Shown piece by piece: positions 9,171-20,193 of a DNA stretch of 32,000 bases. Made by a program: the position numbers and the translations under genes. Positions within the stretch are counted from its first letter, which is position 1, and every line of letters starts with the position of its first letter. This DNA comes from Trichodesmium erythraeum IMS101 (lineage in GTDB: Bacteria > Cyanobacteriota > Cyanobacteriia > Cyanobacteriales > Microcoleaceae): NCBI RefSeq assembly GCF_000014265.1, contig NC_008312.1, positions 3,540,001-3,572,000 on the forward strand, written 5' to 3'. Under the pieces are notes generated by a model, which saw only the letters and a program-made list of their open reading frames with translations, ran no database searches and was not told the origin of the DNA.

Positions 9171-11342
9171 TTAGTTATTGTCAGTAAATTTTGGTGTAGA
9201 TACCAAAGGTTTATCTCTCTCATCCGTTAAAATCCTTGATTTTTCTGCCCTCGACTCCTGATATGGGTCTGAAGGTAGAGTCCGATCTTCTACAGGCTCA
9301 GAAAGGTTAAGCCAACTTTGCCAAATACTAATTTGACTCTGAGCTGAATTATAAGCTAGAGTACTCGTCGGAATTTTCCTAGCAATTGAGATGGCTCGTG
9401 GCACATCTTGCTTCACAACCTCCATAGCAATTAACAATATTTGTTGACTCCATTGATTAATCAATTGAGAAGCTTCTAATTGCCTAGAACTAGAAGTTGG
9501 TACTTGTTGTGCTAAACCAATTGCTGTAACATAAGCATCTGTTGTTGCTGTTTGCGCTACTTGACGAGCACTTTCTAATTTAATTTTGGTATCTTGTTGA
9601 GCTTGCCACTGTTGAATTTTAGCTCTGGCTTGATTATAGAGGATTCTACCTGATTTGATTTCTTGAGCTTTGGTAATTGCCTGTTCTATCTTACCTGAAG
9701 ACGCTAGAAGTTCTGCTTGAGCAATAATTGGTTGGTCTTGAAAACGTTCAACTTGTTCTGTCCACCTATTAATTTGACTTTGAGCTTCCTGATATAGAGT
9801 TCTACCTCTACCAATTTGACTGGCTTCAGAAATTGCTGCTTGTAGAGAACTCATATCACCAAAGCTTGCTAATTTTTTGGCTTTCTCCAAAAAAGGCTGA
9901 TCCTCTTGTCTCTGTAGTTCTTTACTCCAAGCTTTTATCAAAGTAGTTGCTTCTTTTCCACGAGGGTTATAGGGAGAAATAGTCTGAACTTTAGCGATCG
10001 CTGCTTTAAAATCACTAATTCCTCTAGGTAAGGCTAGTTTTTTTCCTTCTTCAATAATAGTCACATCTGCTATTTCTTGTTCCCAAAGACTAATTAACTC
10101 TTGAGCTTTGCTGTAAAAAGGTCGTTCAGCCTTAAGTCTTTTTACTTGAGCAATAGCATCTTTATATCCTGCTATTGTAGATAAATTAGCTGGGGAATGG
10201 GCACGAGCTAAAACTTCTATATCTTCTACTAATTCCAGTAAGGCATCATTTTTGGGAACCTTATTGACATCTTCAAGTGCCTCTTGCCAATTTCCTGCGT
10301 TTAATTTGACTAAAGCTATATCTATTACTTTTTTTCCCAAATTTACTATTAACTTTTTAGCTTTCTGATAGAGATAGCTATTTTCTTCAATTTCTTGAGC
10401 TTGTTTAATCCCATTAGTCAGATTATTTAGTCCACCTGCTTCTCCAAGTTCTCGTACTTCTTCTAATTTAGCACCCTCTTTACGAGTTTTTTTAATATCA
10501 TTAATTAATTTCTGATATTTTTTTGTTCCCCAGTGAACATTTGGCACTGATAATAAACGAGAAGCTTCTATTGAAGCTTGATGCCATTCTTCTTCACGCA
10601 AATATTCTTGAGTCTGCTGGTAATTTCCTTCCGCTTGATTCCAAGTTTTTTGCCACTCTTGAATCTGTTGTTCTACCAGTGAGTAAGCTGGCACTTTCTG
10701 GGGGACTCTTTCAGCAATGGTAATAGCTTCTTCTAATTTTCCATCTTGAAAAGCTAAATCTCCCAAGGACAATATTTTTTTTGACCACATTTCAATATAA
10801 CTATCTACTTGTGGACGCATTGGATGCTCATTGGATAAAACATCTACTAAATCAATTGCTTTAAGCAAACTATCAAGAGTTGGAGAAGTCGCTAACAACT
10901 GGGCACAATAAAGACGTTTACTAGCAGATGCAGTACGCCAGTAAGTTGACTCACAATCTTCATTATAGGGTAACTTCAATAAAGCTGAGATAGCTGTTAT
11001 GCTAGCTCCAGTCGGAACTATCACCAGTAGTAGTATCAATAAAGGCCCATAGATAGACCCTAGATTGTTTGTAGATTTCCCTTTTTTTGACTCAGTTTTT
11101 TTGATTTGGGAAACTGATTTTTTTTGTTGATTGGAGTATTTTGCAGGAGATTTGTAAGTCTTGATCTGACTACCATTTGCTCTAATTTCCTGCAGCCTTT
11201 CTTGCCGGTTTTTCCGAGGTTCAGACAATTGCCATTGAGTTTCGTCTCTTGGCTTCATCTGTGATAGTATCCGGCCTTGGCCTATAGTTTTGTGCTTTTC
11301 ATTCATATATGCTTTATCCTGAGCAGCAAGCAATGAATACAT
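9171..11342 (-). CDS. Membrane-anchored alpha-helical repeat protein, function unknown
   Basis: 723 aa. It has a basic, low-complexity N-terminus, one TM helix (GPLLILLLVIVPTGASITAISALL), and then at least eight copies of a roughly 55-60 aa unit. Each unit ends in an (A/E)xxxIxxWxxx motif: YIEMWSKKI, QIQEWQKTW, ELISLWEQEI, TLIKAWSKEL, SQINRWTEQV, AKIQQWQAQQ, QLINQWSQQI, SQISIWQSWL. The motif is usually preceded by AIxxAxxI....LYxxA. Confidence 0.6.
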   Translation of the reverse strand: MYSLLAAQDKAYMNEKHKTIGQGRILSQMKPRDETQWQLSEPRKNRQERLQEIRANGSQIKTYKSPAKYSNQQKKSVSQIKKTESKKGKSTNNLGSIYGPLLILLLVIVPTGASITAISALLKLPYNEDCESTYWRTASASKRLYCAQLLATSPTLDSLLKAIDLVDVLSNEHPMRPQVDSYIEMWSKKILSLGDLAFQDGKLEEAITIAERVPQKVPAYSLVEQQIQEWQKTWNQAEGNYQQTQEYLREEEWHQASIEASRLLSVPNVHWGTKKYQKLINDIKKTRKEGAKLEEVRELGEAGGLNNLTNGIKQAQEIEENSYLYQKAKKLIVNLGKKVIDIALVKLNAGNWQEALEDVNKVPKNDALLELVEDIEVLARAHSPANLSTIAGYKDAIAQVKRLKAERPFYSKAQELISLWEQEIADVTIIEEGKKLALPRGISDFKAAIAKVQTISPYNPRGKEATTLIKAWSKELQRQEDQPFLEKAKKLASFGDMSSLQAAISEASQIGRGRTLYQEAQSQINRWTEQVERFQDQPIIAQAELLASSGKIEQAITKAQEIKSGRILYNQARAKIQQWQAQQDTKIKLESARQVAQTATTDAYVTAIGLAQQVPTSSSRQLEASQLINQWSQQILLIAMEVVKQDVPRAISIARKIPTSTLAYNSAQSQISIWQSWLNLSEPVEDRTLPSDPYQESRAEKSRILTDERDKPLVSTPKFTDNN

Positions 11343-12159
11343 TAACGTCTCATTACTTTCCGGTTGATTTAGCCTACAAACAAGCTTTCATCTAAATTCA
11401 AATTAAATTAATTTAATTATATGCGGTTCTTAGATATACACTACTTTTGGTCAATATGCAACCTTAATATGTTATGATAAATCTTAATGTCTATTCATAA
11501 TACAGAAATTAAATCTATTTTTATGAATACTCAAAATTTATTTCTCAAAAAGTTGCTTCAAGACCCACATTATTTTTTCTATAGGAAGTATAGTGTAACC
11601 ACACAGCTAATTTTATGGGTGAGATTTTCCAGCTAATTTATTTCTAAGAATTGTTAAACTCTTTAATTTAAACTAGAACTCACCCCTACTATTAGGACAT
11701 TTTAGATACCTAACTCCAATAGTCTTGAAAAACCAATCAATCTAGAAGTAAAATCTGACTTTACTGAATAAATGAGAGTTTACTGAACAAATATTAAAGC
11801 ACCTGAATTATTCTTAGAATAGACTTCTCCTTTTTTCTAATTATTATAATTAATTTAACTACAATTTTCAATAATTAAACAATACTCAAGATCAGGTTTT
11901 TATGCAAATCAAATATAAAATTAGATAAAAAACATCTTTAAAAAAGAAGAAGACGCGTTATTTTTTCTATTAATTTTCTTACCATATTTTAATAGATTTA
12001 ATTATGCAATATAGATAATATTATCATTAGCGCAGGTTGCATATATGATTAATTTATTTCATTGATTTTTTTTATGTGCTTTATTTATTATAATTTTGTT
12101 GTTTTTTTTATCTTCATTTTTCTTTTTTTTCATCCTTCGTTTTGATAATCATATATAAA

Positions 12160-12516
12160 TTAATTTGATGTATGGGCTTCAGCACCTATTCTTTGTCTAA
12201 GATGAACCAAATTTGAGGGGTCGAAATTTGGTTAATTACTATAGAACTCAATGGCTATAAAACATTGTCAATACAATCAGTTTTCTCCCCAAAAAAGTTT
12301 TACAGCTTCTTTATGACTAAACTCTAAATCTTCTTTAATAATTAACGCCCCTAATGCCATTCTAAAATTTAACTCAGGCACTCCTATTTATATAGAGAAA
12401 TTGATCGCATATTCATCGACCAAGTCCTGTGAAGCAATTAAACTAGCTATCACTACCCAAGGATTACCTAGAAAATGCTGGCCATTAAATGGCAGCTCAA
12501 AATTTTCTGGTGCCAT
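12160..12516 (-). mobile_element. Degenerate relic of an IS5/IS4-type transposase gene (N-terminal InsH/DUF772-like region only)
   Basis: A single minus-strand frame from ATG (12514-12516) reads MAPENFELPFNGQHFLGNPWVVIASLIASQDLVDEYAINFSI*IGVPELNFRMALGALIIKEDLEFSHKEAVKLFWGEN*LY*QCFIAIEFYSN*PNFDPSNLVHLRQRIGAEAHTSN*. This follows the transposase N-terminal pattern (...Y...GRPxxxxRxMLGxLILKxxxxLSDExxV....ENPYxQYF....xDPSxLxxxRxRIGxE) but has at least four in-frame stops. No DDE domain follows. Confidence 0.55.
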
Positions 12517-13176
12517 GTCACACTGGCCTACTATTCTGTATGTAGAGCATAAATTATAGATAGCTTATACTTGATACATTTTAGCTAAAAATAGGGTATA
12601 ATATCTGATGTAAAATACCTTAAATCCTTACTATATCAGTTTTTTAGATTTAATCAGCCAGCCGTAATTAAAATGCTCATCAGGGTCGCCATAAAGCATA
12701 ATACCAGAAGTTGACTCATATGCTGTTTTCTAAAGTCTAATTTTATAGATAATCCTAGACAAATATCTACAGTAGAGAATGTTTAGTGGGCTGATCAACT
12801 AAAATTTTGCTAGAAGACTCATTGCTAAATACCTTTTACAGCTTAAATTTTAGATATCAATATGCACCACATTACACAATGGAACTATTTTAGCAATGTT
12901 ATTCTAATAAATTGCCCAATAGTTTTTTAATATTAACATTTGATAAGGATACTAAAATCCTCTGGTTCAAGCATCAATAATGGAGTTGACTTGTACTGGG
13001 CTGTTTACTACTTCCTAATATATATTTCATAAAAATCCAAGAGGAAATATCACATCCAGTAATTGAGTGGCATATTAACCAACTTTTCCAGTAGGGCGGT
13101 GGAAATATAATTCAAAAATCACTTTCACCTCGCTGATGGGAGGCATATTTAGAGATGTCTAGATATTTAGAAGGTA

Positions 13177-14112
13177 TTAATGAGATGACCTACGTAATTG
13201 TCCAAGAGGAACTTCTGTAGAAGGTTGTTGTAAGTCTTGAATAATTTGTGTGAGCTCTTTTGGACTTGCTTGATACAATTGTGAACAAAATTCACAGGTT
13301 ACCTCGGCACCCTTATCTTCTTCAATCATATTTTGTAGTTCGTCTACACCAAACATTCTTAAAGCCCGCAATACTTTTTCCATAGAACAGTCACATTTAA
13401 AACGAACTATTTGAGCTTCGGGTAATATATTTAAGCCCATATCTCCCAAAAGTTCTTGGAAAATTTCTGGTAATGTCTTGCCTGAGTGCAGTAAAGAAGT
13501 AAATCCTGATAGAGAAGCTATACGAGATTCTAAGACTTGAACTAATTCTTCATCTATAGCTACTTTGGGCATAACCTGCAACAAAATTCCTCCTGCCGTC
13601 TGTACTCCTTCTTTATCGACGAATACTCCTAGCACTAAAGCTGATGGCGTTTGTTCTGATTTTGCTAAATAATGGGTAATGTCATCTCCAATTTCTCCAG
13701 ATACTAATTCTACCGTACCGGAGTATGGATAACCATAGCCGATATCTCTTACTATATATAAGTAGCCTTGATTGCCTACTGCTTTTCCTATATCATGTTT
13801 GCCAATTTTATTTGGTAATAGCTCAATGGTAGGATTATTAACATAACCTCGTACAGTTCCATCTAGGCCAGCATCAACTAGTACCTCTCCTAATGGACCA
13901 TTGCCCTGGACCCTAATGTTAACTCTTGATTCTGGAGTTTTCATACTAGAGGCTAATAATAGTCCGGCTGCCATTGTTCGGCCAAGAACTACAGAGGCTA
14001 CCCAAGAAAGCTTATGTCGTTGTCTTGCTTCTTCGGTTAAGCGAGTGGTAATTACACCAACAGCACGAATGCCGCCTTCTGCTGCCATAGCTCTAATTAG
14101 TTGATCTGCCAT
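13177..14112 (-). CDS. hslO: Redox-regulated chaperone Hsp33
   Basis: 311 aa. It starts MADQLIRAMAAEGGIRAVGVITT and carries the C-terminal zinc centre CDCS...CEFC (FKCDCSMEKV...VTCEFCSQLY). Confidence 0.92.
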   Translation of the reverse strand: MADQLIRAMAAEGGIRAVGVITTRLTEEARQRHKLSWVASVVLGRTMAAGLLLASSMKTPESRVNIRVQGNGPLGEVLVDAGLDGTVRGYVNNPTIELLPNKIGKHDIGKAVGNQGYLYIVRDIGYGYPYSGTVELVSGEIGDDITHYLAKSEQTPSALVLGVFVDKEGVQTAGGILLQVMPKVAIDEELVQVLESRIASLSGFTSLLHSGKTLPEIFQELLGDMGLNILPEAQIVRFKCDCSMEKVLRALRMFGVDELQNMIEEDKGAEVTCEFCSQLYQASPKELTQIIQDLQQPSTEVPLGQLRRSSH

Positions 14113-14367
14113 TGGAGAAATCCTTACATTGCCTAATAATTATGACTTCTTTATCATAACCCTGTTGGAATACTACAGGTAAAATTTGTCTGGGATACAG
14201 CAGATTTTAAGTATATGAATTACAAGGTTTAAGAAGATATCGCTCGAGCAAGCGACTTTTAAATAAAAAGTTTCGTATCCCGGGCATGTTGTCTACTATA
14301 GCTGTACCCCACCCTTAGAGTTATCTGCTGTAAATTGATATCTACTGTTACTAGTTACTAGATTATT

Positions 14368-14751
14368 ATGTTAGGTACTTTTCAAAAAAGCCATCTCAGG
14401 ATTGAGATAGAAGCTGCCGAAGCTACCATAAGAGATAGTTTGTTACGTCCATCTCAGTTACAAACATGGTTATGGCCTCAGAATTTTTCTCCTGGACTAC
14501 CAGAACAATTATCTGAAGGTGTAAAGTTTCAAACTTCGGTTGGCCTAATAGAAATTAAGCATTATGTTGATGTAGTAGGGCCTAATTGTTTGAGATTACT
14601 CCTTAGTCAAAGCATTGATGGATTTCATGAGTGGTACTGGGGAGATGGTTGGATACAGTCTCGTCTAGAAGGAATATCTATGTTTCCTATAAATTTGGGT
14701 CAAACTTTTAGTTTGCTTCGTTTGCGAGAGTTTTTGTCTGGAAAAGAATAA
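14368..14751 (+). CDS. Hypothetical protein
   Basis: 127-aa ORF, divergent from hslO, with coding-like Trp-rich composition (WLWPQNF, HEWYWGDGWIQ). I recognise no family. Confidence 0.5.
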   Translation: MLGTFQKSHLRIEIEAAEATIRDSLLRPSQLQTWLWPQNFSPGLPEQLSEGVKFQTSVGLIEIKHYVDVVGPNCLRLLLSQSIDGFHEWYWGDGWIQSRLEGISMFPINLGQTFSLLRLREFLSGKE

Positions 14752-15158
14752 GTGGTTAGGTTTTAGGTTATCACAAATGAAAAATAACTAAATTTCCCAA
14801 GTCCTTTGGAAATTATCAGCAGTTTTTTACTCATTATATCTCTCCACAAATACCAATTTGGGAACGGGAACATAACGGCGGGAGAATCTTTAAAAAAAAA
14901 GTCTATTATTAATCATTAATTTGAATACTATGACTTTAAGTATTTCCTTGCCGGAATGTTCTGCAAAAAATTAGATGTTTAATTCAAAACTATTGGTTAT
15001 AGCTGTAAAGTATTTCAATTTTTAAGCAGATAGCTTCAAGGGTGAGGTATAGTTTTATCTAGCAATATACTTGCGCTACAAAGGTTTGATAATTCTAATT
15101 TTATAGATCAATAGGTAGCAAATTCGTGGAGATGGAAATAGGAGATTTGTGTAAAATT

Positions 15159-15497
15159 TTAGTCTCCTAATTTGTCTGGAAAATTAGGATAGGTACTATG
15201 ATCATTTATATTAACTATGCGACTTTCATCATTTGTTGCTGTTAGGTTTTCATAAACTCCTTGATCTCGTTTTACTAATTTACTAAATCCGTGGCTTTTT
15301 AGATCACTAATTCCCATTTCTATTATTACTCTAGGGGCACTGATCATACGTTTCACAGGAGTGTCTTCTGAAGTTTCACCGACATCACATCTAGCTAACT
15401 TACATAGCTGACCCCAAGTTGTGACATTTTCATTTATGCTGTGCCAAACTTCTAGTTTTTGGTTATTACTTGGACAGAAATAATCATATACAGGCAT
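15159..15497 (-). CDS. FmdB-family zinc-ribbon-like protein
   Basis: The N-terminus MPVYDYFCPSNNQKLEVWHSI...QLCKLARCDVGE...VKRMISAP follows the FmdB pattern MPxYxYxC....E......C..C......R.xSAP. However, the first CxxC is reduced to a single Cys. Confidence 0.5.
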   Translation of the reverse strand: MPVYDYFCPSNNQKLEVWHSINENVTTWGQLCKLARCDVGETSEDTPVKRMISAPRVIIEMGISDLKSHGFSKLVKRDQGVYENLTATNDESRIVNINDHSTYPNFPDKLGD

Positions 15498-16070
15498 AGT
15501 TATAGCTTCTATATTAACAGTTTAATTTTTAATTATTAAGTAACAGTTAACTTTTTAATTGTAAATGATACTCTATTATAGTAGAAATTATTTATAAAAG
15601 TTGTAAACAAAGAAAAATCTAAATAAATTACTTTTTTTACTATTTACTAATAAATTTAAGTTGTAAGATTACAGTTATTATCCATATTATTGGATGGCAT
15701 ATATAACGTTTTTAAATAATATCTAAAAAAAATCTGGTTATTCTGGTTATTTAAGAAAAAACAGTAAAAATTCTGATAAATATTCTTGCCTGTTGCTTAT
15801 TACATTTTGACTAAAAGCAGCCAGTATTTGACACAACTAAAATTAATTTTCTATAAACATAATATTCTCTTATTTGTTTTTAAGATTAACCAGGAATATT
15901 TATTGAGTTGAAATTTTATTTTTATAAGTTTTTCAGAGTTATATACAACTGATAAAAATTTGATTCTATTCTCATCCATAATTGATAACTTAAAGTATCT
16001 TTAAAGTTAATATATATCATATAATATATCATATAAATATATCTGAAATAATTTTAGGGAGAATTGATTA

Positions 16071-16703
16071 ATGAGCGATTTTAAAGTAAGGCCACAAAGT
16101 GATTTAACTACCATTCAAATGTTAGAAAGATACAACTTACAGGATGAAAAAAACCTAAAAAGTTGGGCTCAATTACATAATATTGATAGTAGTCTGGGTT
16201 ACTATAGCCCAGATGAAGTTGATTTAATAGATCATGTACACCATCATATTTACAATCTTGGCATGAGCATTATTGAATATCAAACTTTTATAGAACATCG
16301 TCAAATTAAGTCACAAAAATCTGTCCAAGAATACAAAAATAATCTGATAGATAATGGTCAATATAATAATTATACCAATGATGGAGTAAATGATACTTTA
16401 GAACAAGTTAATAATGAAGGTTATGCAGCAATAGAAATGTTGAAAGATCAGTATTCGGAAGCAATTGATGTAATGGGAGAAAGAATTGCTGATCATTTTA
16501 TAGATGAATTAGATTTATCTGTAATGCGACATCTAGTTAAAAAAGTAAAAGCACGTCAAAAACTTAATGGTAAAGTTTCATCAAATCGTTTTATGAAAAC
16601 AATTAAAGCTGTTTTACAACCTCAAAATGGTAATTTTCTTATTCCTGAAGATGATGAGGATGAGTCTAGTATAGAAGTAGAACAAAATCATCGACTTGAT
16701 TAA
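16071..16703 (+). CDS. Hypothetical acidic protein, possibly with a divergent MerR-like N-terminal HTH
   Basis: 210-aa ORF. The N-terminal segment TTIQMLERYNL...YYSPDEVDLIDHVHHHIYNLGMSIIEY loosely follows the MerR pattern (..R.YS..DV..L..I..L...G.S..EI). The C-terminus is acidic (EDDEDESSIEVE). The family call is weak. Confidence 0.4.
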   Translation: MSDFKVRPQSDLTTIQMLERYNLQDEKNLKSWAQLHNIDSSLGYYSPDEVDLIDHVHHHIYNLGMSIIEYQTFIEHRQIKSQKSVQEYKNNLIDNGQYNNYTNDGVNDTLEQVNNEGYAAIEMLKDQYSEAIDVMGERIADHFIDELDLSVMRHLVKKVKARQKLNGKVSSNRFMKTIKAVLQPQNGNFLIPEDDEDESSIEVEQNHRLD

Positions 16704-17172
16704 TTAATTTGTATATCGCTAATGTTTGTTAATCACAGAAAATAAATTTTTGACAATTGTTTTTGTTGGGTAATATCAGTACTTGGGCAAAAAAAAATTA
16801 AAAATAGCATCAAACACTGACAGAGTAAATGTTTTATATTTAATTAACCTGTTTCCTGATATATCTAGCTAAGTTTGAGTTATTTTTATAAATAGATGCC
16901 TAATAGCTGATTATTTACGTTACCTGAAAAAAAGTAACTGCTTGGCATTTTTACCCTTGAAAAATGTCAACGTACTAATTGAATATCTTGTTCAAGATAA
17001 TTATACTTAAAGAGAGGTTGTTTTAAGTACATATTAAAAACTATTTGTTACTTATTTTGTTTGACTAATTATTATGTTTTTCACTTTTATATTTTCTAGT
17101 GATTTCTAAACTTCAGTAGCTAAATAGTTAAATTTTTTCGCGTTTACTATACAACGATAAACTACAAAAAAA

Positions 17173-17646
17173 ATGATTAAATCTTGGGTAATAATTGGCA
17201 GTGTTACTTTCTTAATACCATTTAGTAGTAATTTCTTTATTCGTTCTAGTGATGTTCAATGGTTTAGACGTTTACAAAGACCAAGTTGGTTAACTTTTGA
17301 AAGATTAATACCCTTAATTTGGACGACGATTTTTATTTGTGGCGGTTGGTCTGCATATATTATTTGGGAACAAGAACCAGGAACTCAAAAAACTTGGTTA
17401 TTGATGGCACTATATTTATTATTAGAAATAGTGACAATAGCTTACACACCTGTTATGTTTAGGACACAAAATTTGCAGGTAGGAACAATTATTGGGGGAA
17501 CTGGTTTTGTATTAAGTATAATCCTAATTTTGAGTATCTGGCAAATTAATAGTTGGGCAATAATTTTATTATTACCCTATATATTTTGGAGTCCTATTGG
17601 TACTTATACTACTTGGGAAATGAGTAATATTAATTCTGAGAGTTAG
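17173..17646 (+). CDS. tspO: TspO/MBR-family tryptophan-rich sensory protein
   Basis: 157 aa with five predicted TM helices. WFRRLQRPSWLTF...LIWTTIFICGGWSAYIIW matches the TspO signature (W...L.KP.W.P....PVWT.LY...G.A...W). Confidence 0.65.
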   Translation: MIKSWVIIGSVTFLIPFSSNFFIRSSDVQWFRRLQRPSWLTFERLIPLIWTTIFICGGWSAYIIWEQEPGTQKTWLLMALYLLLEIVTIAYTPVMFRTQNLQVGTIIGGTGFVLSIILILSIWQINSWAIILLLPYIFWSPIGTYTTWEMSNINSES

Positions 17647-17803
17647 TAATATTGACCAACCTACAGTATTAATATTACTCAAATTAATTAACTAGCTATC
17701 AGCTTTAGAGGTAGAGGTTTAAATCTCATTCTTACACATCAAAAAAAATGAACTCAATACTTAAATTTTGAAGGCTAATTTTTTTTGATTTAGAGATATT
17801 TTT

Positions 17804-19585
17804 ATGGAAAAAATTGATTATATAATTGTTACAATTTATCTGTTATTTATAGTAATCTTTGGATTTTTTATACAAAGAAAAGCATCGACAGGAATAGAGT
17901 CTTACTTTCTCGGAAATCGTAATCTTCCTTGGTGGATTTTGGGTGCTTCTGGTATGGCTTCTAATACTGATTTAGCTGGTACTATGCTATTAACTTCTTT
18001 AGTCTATTCTCTGGGAACTAAGGGCTTTTTTATTGAAATTCGGGGTGGAGTTGTATTAATTATGGCGTTCCTAATGACGTTTATGGGAAAGTGGAATCGT
18101 CGGGCTCAAGTAATGACTATTGCAGAATGGATGGAGTTACGTTTTGGTAAGAATAGGGAAGGAAATATAGCCAGAATTATTAGTGCGGTTGCTAATATTA
18201 TTTTTGCTATTGGTACCATGAGTTATTTTGCTCTTGGAGGAGGAAAATTTTTAGGAGGATTTTTAGGTATTGATGATAGAGTTGCTGGAATATTGCTGAT
18301 TTTATTGGCTCTTATCTATACAGCTGTAAGTGGATTTTATGGGGTTGTTTTGACAGATGTTTTCCAGGGAATTTTGATTTTTGTTGCAATTATATATATC
18401 TGTTTTCTGGCTTTTCAAATAGTAAACTTACCAGAGAATTTTGTGGTTTCAATTCCAGGTACGGAACAATTACAAGAATTGAGTTTGAGAGAATGGAGCA
18501 GTCTTTTTCCACCAATTAAAATTGACTTACCAGGAGATTATAGTATTTTTAATTTGTTTGGTGGCGTGATGTTATTTTATGTTTTTAAAGTATTTCTAGA
18601 AGGCGGTGCTGGAGGAGGTGGTTATATGATTCAACGTTACTTCGCTGCTAAGAATGATCGGGAAGCTGGTTTACTTTCTTTATTCTGGATTTTTTTACTA
18701 TCTTTTCGCTGGCCTTTGGTTACATCTTTGGCAATATTAGGAATAGATTATGGTTTGAAAAATCAGATAATTTCTGACCCAGAATTAGTCTTGCCTACTG
18801 TAATTTCTGAATATATTCCAGCGGGAGTTAAAGGTTTATTGGTTGCCTGTTTTATTGCTGCTGCAATGTCAACTTTTGATTCGATAATTAATGCTAGTGC
18901 TGCCTATTGGGTAAAGGATATTTATCAAGCTTATATTAAACCTGAAGCTAATAATCAACAATTGGTTAATCAAGGTCGTTTAGCTTCGGTTGTTATTGTT
19001 AGTTTGGGATTAATTTTTAGTTTTAATATTACGAATATTAATGATATTTGGGGATGGTTAACTTTAGGGTTAGGAACTGGGTTGTTTATTCCTTTAGTAT
19101 TGAGATGGTATTGGTGGCGATTTAATGGTTATGGATTTGCCATTGGTACTGGTGCAGGTTTAGTTGGAGCTATTTTGACAAAAGCAGTTATTTTACCTTT
19201 TTTGAATCTGCCTCAACTTCAAGAATATATTCTGTTTTTAGTTCCAAGTATTTGTTCTTTTTTAGGATGTATTTTAGGAACATTGTTAACTCCATCAACT
19301 AATTTGGAAGTGATTGATAATTTTTATCGGGTAACTCGACCTTTTGGTTTTTGGGGAGTAGTTAGTAAGAATTTACCAACCAATATTCAAGCAAAAATTA
19401 AAAGAGAAAATCGACGAGATATTCTGGCAACATTTATTGCAATTCCTTGGCAGTTGGTTTTATTTTTAATGGGAATAATTTTAATGATGAAACAGTGGGA
19501 TAGTTTTGGTATTTTATTATTAATGTTTATTTTGTTGTCGATAGGATTATATTTTACTTGGTTTAAGCATCTAGAAAAAATATAG
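17804..19585 (+). CDS. Sodium:solute symporter (SSF) family transporter
   Basis: 593-aa polytopic membrane protein. It has an SSF-like N-terminal layout (FLGNRNLPWWILGASGMASNTDLAG) and roughly 13 hydrophobic segments. The substrate cannot be determined from the sequence. Confidence 0.7.
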   Translation: MEKIDYIIVTIYLLFIVIFGFFIQRKASTGIESYFLGNRNLPWWILGASGMASNTDLAGTMLLTSLVYSLGTKGFFIEIRGGVVLIMAFLMTFMGKWNRRAQVMTIAEWMELRFGKNREGNIARIISAVANIIFAIGTMSYFALGGGKFLGGFLGIDDRVAGILLILLALIYTAVSGFYGVVLTDVFQGILIFVAIIYICFLAFQIVNLPENFVVSIPGTEQLQELSLREWSSLFPPIKIDLPGDYSIFNLFGGVMLFYVFKVFLEGGAGGGGYMIQRYFAAKNDREAGLLSLFWIFLLSFRWPLVTSLAILGIDYGLKNQIISDPELVLPTVISEYIPAGVKGLLVACFIAAAMSTFDSIINASAAYWVKDIYQAYIKPEANNQQLVNQGRLASVVIVSLGLIFSFNITNINDIWGWLTLGLGTGLFIPLVLRWYWWRFNGYGFAIGTGAGLVGAILTKAVILPFLNLPQLQEYILFLVPSICSFLGCILGTLLTPSTNLEVIDNFYRVTRPFGFWGVVSKNLPTNIQAKIKRENRRDILATFIAIPWQLVLFLMGIILMMKQWDSFGILLLMFILLSIGLYFTWFKHLEKI

Positions 19586-20193
19586 AAATCAAAAATAATT
19601 TTTTGAGAATAATTAAATAGGGTTTGTCGAAAAAAAAACTGAAAGTATTTACAAATGAAGCTTTAGCTTTTTTTGTCTGAAAAAGATACAAGCTTTTTGC
19701 TATTATCAGCCTAAAATTATCAATTTTTAAGTTATGAAGAGCAGAAAAATTGAGGTAAAATAATTATGACTACATCCTCTGTAATGTCTATTTATTCTAA
19801 TTATTTGCTGACTACATTCACCCATAAAACTTATTCAGTAAGCTCTAAATTTTCTTGCTCTCTAAACATTCGTTTTTTAATTTAATTTTTTTTTATTTTA
19901 TAGGTATTCTTTAGTAAATTTTAACAATGCTAAAAATATTTAGGTAATTACTCAAATTAGTAAACACTATATGGTTTTATTAGAAAATTTATGAAAAAAA
20001 ACTATAGGGGTTTGGTTATATAAATCCCATTTTATAAATTTCATTTTAACTTTAGTTTAGAGGCAAAACTCTCTTTTCTAAAATGTTGCAACCTATCCTA
20101 GGAAGTATATATACCGTTTCTGATGTTAATGAAGTATAGTTATTTTTCTTTTTTTTTCTATTCTTATTTCCGATTAAAAGCAAATTGTAAAAA

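Noticed and set aside
12205-12233. 10-bp perfect hairpin AACCAAATTT-N9-AAATTTGGTT, considered as a terminator or ncRNA element
   Set aside because: It falls inside the decayed transposase reading frame, where it encodes ...PNFDPSNL.... It has no flanking T-run and is most likely coincidental in AT-rich relic DNA.
17645-17679. 9-bp A/T-rich inverted repeat (AGTAATATT...AATATTACT) overlapping the tspO stop, considered as a terminator
   Set aside because: The stem has a single G:C pair, the loop is 17 nt, and no T-run follows. That is too weak to call.
19766-19885. 39-codon ORF (MTTSSVMSIYSNYLLTTFTHKTYSVSSKFSCSLNIRFLI) with a GAGG upstream
   Set aside because: It has no recognisable family, a Ser/Thr-rich composition typical of random AT-rich frames, and no independent support.
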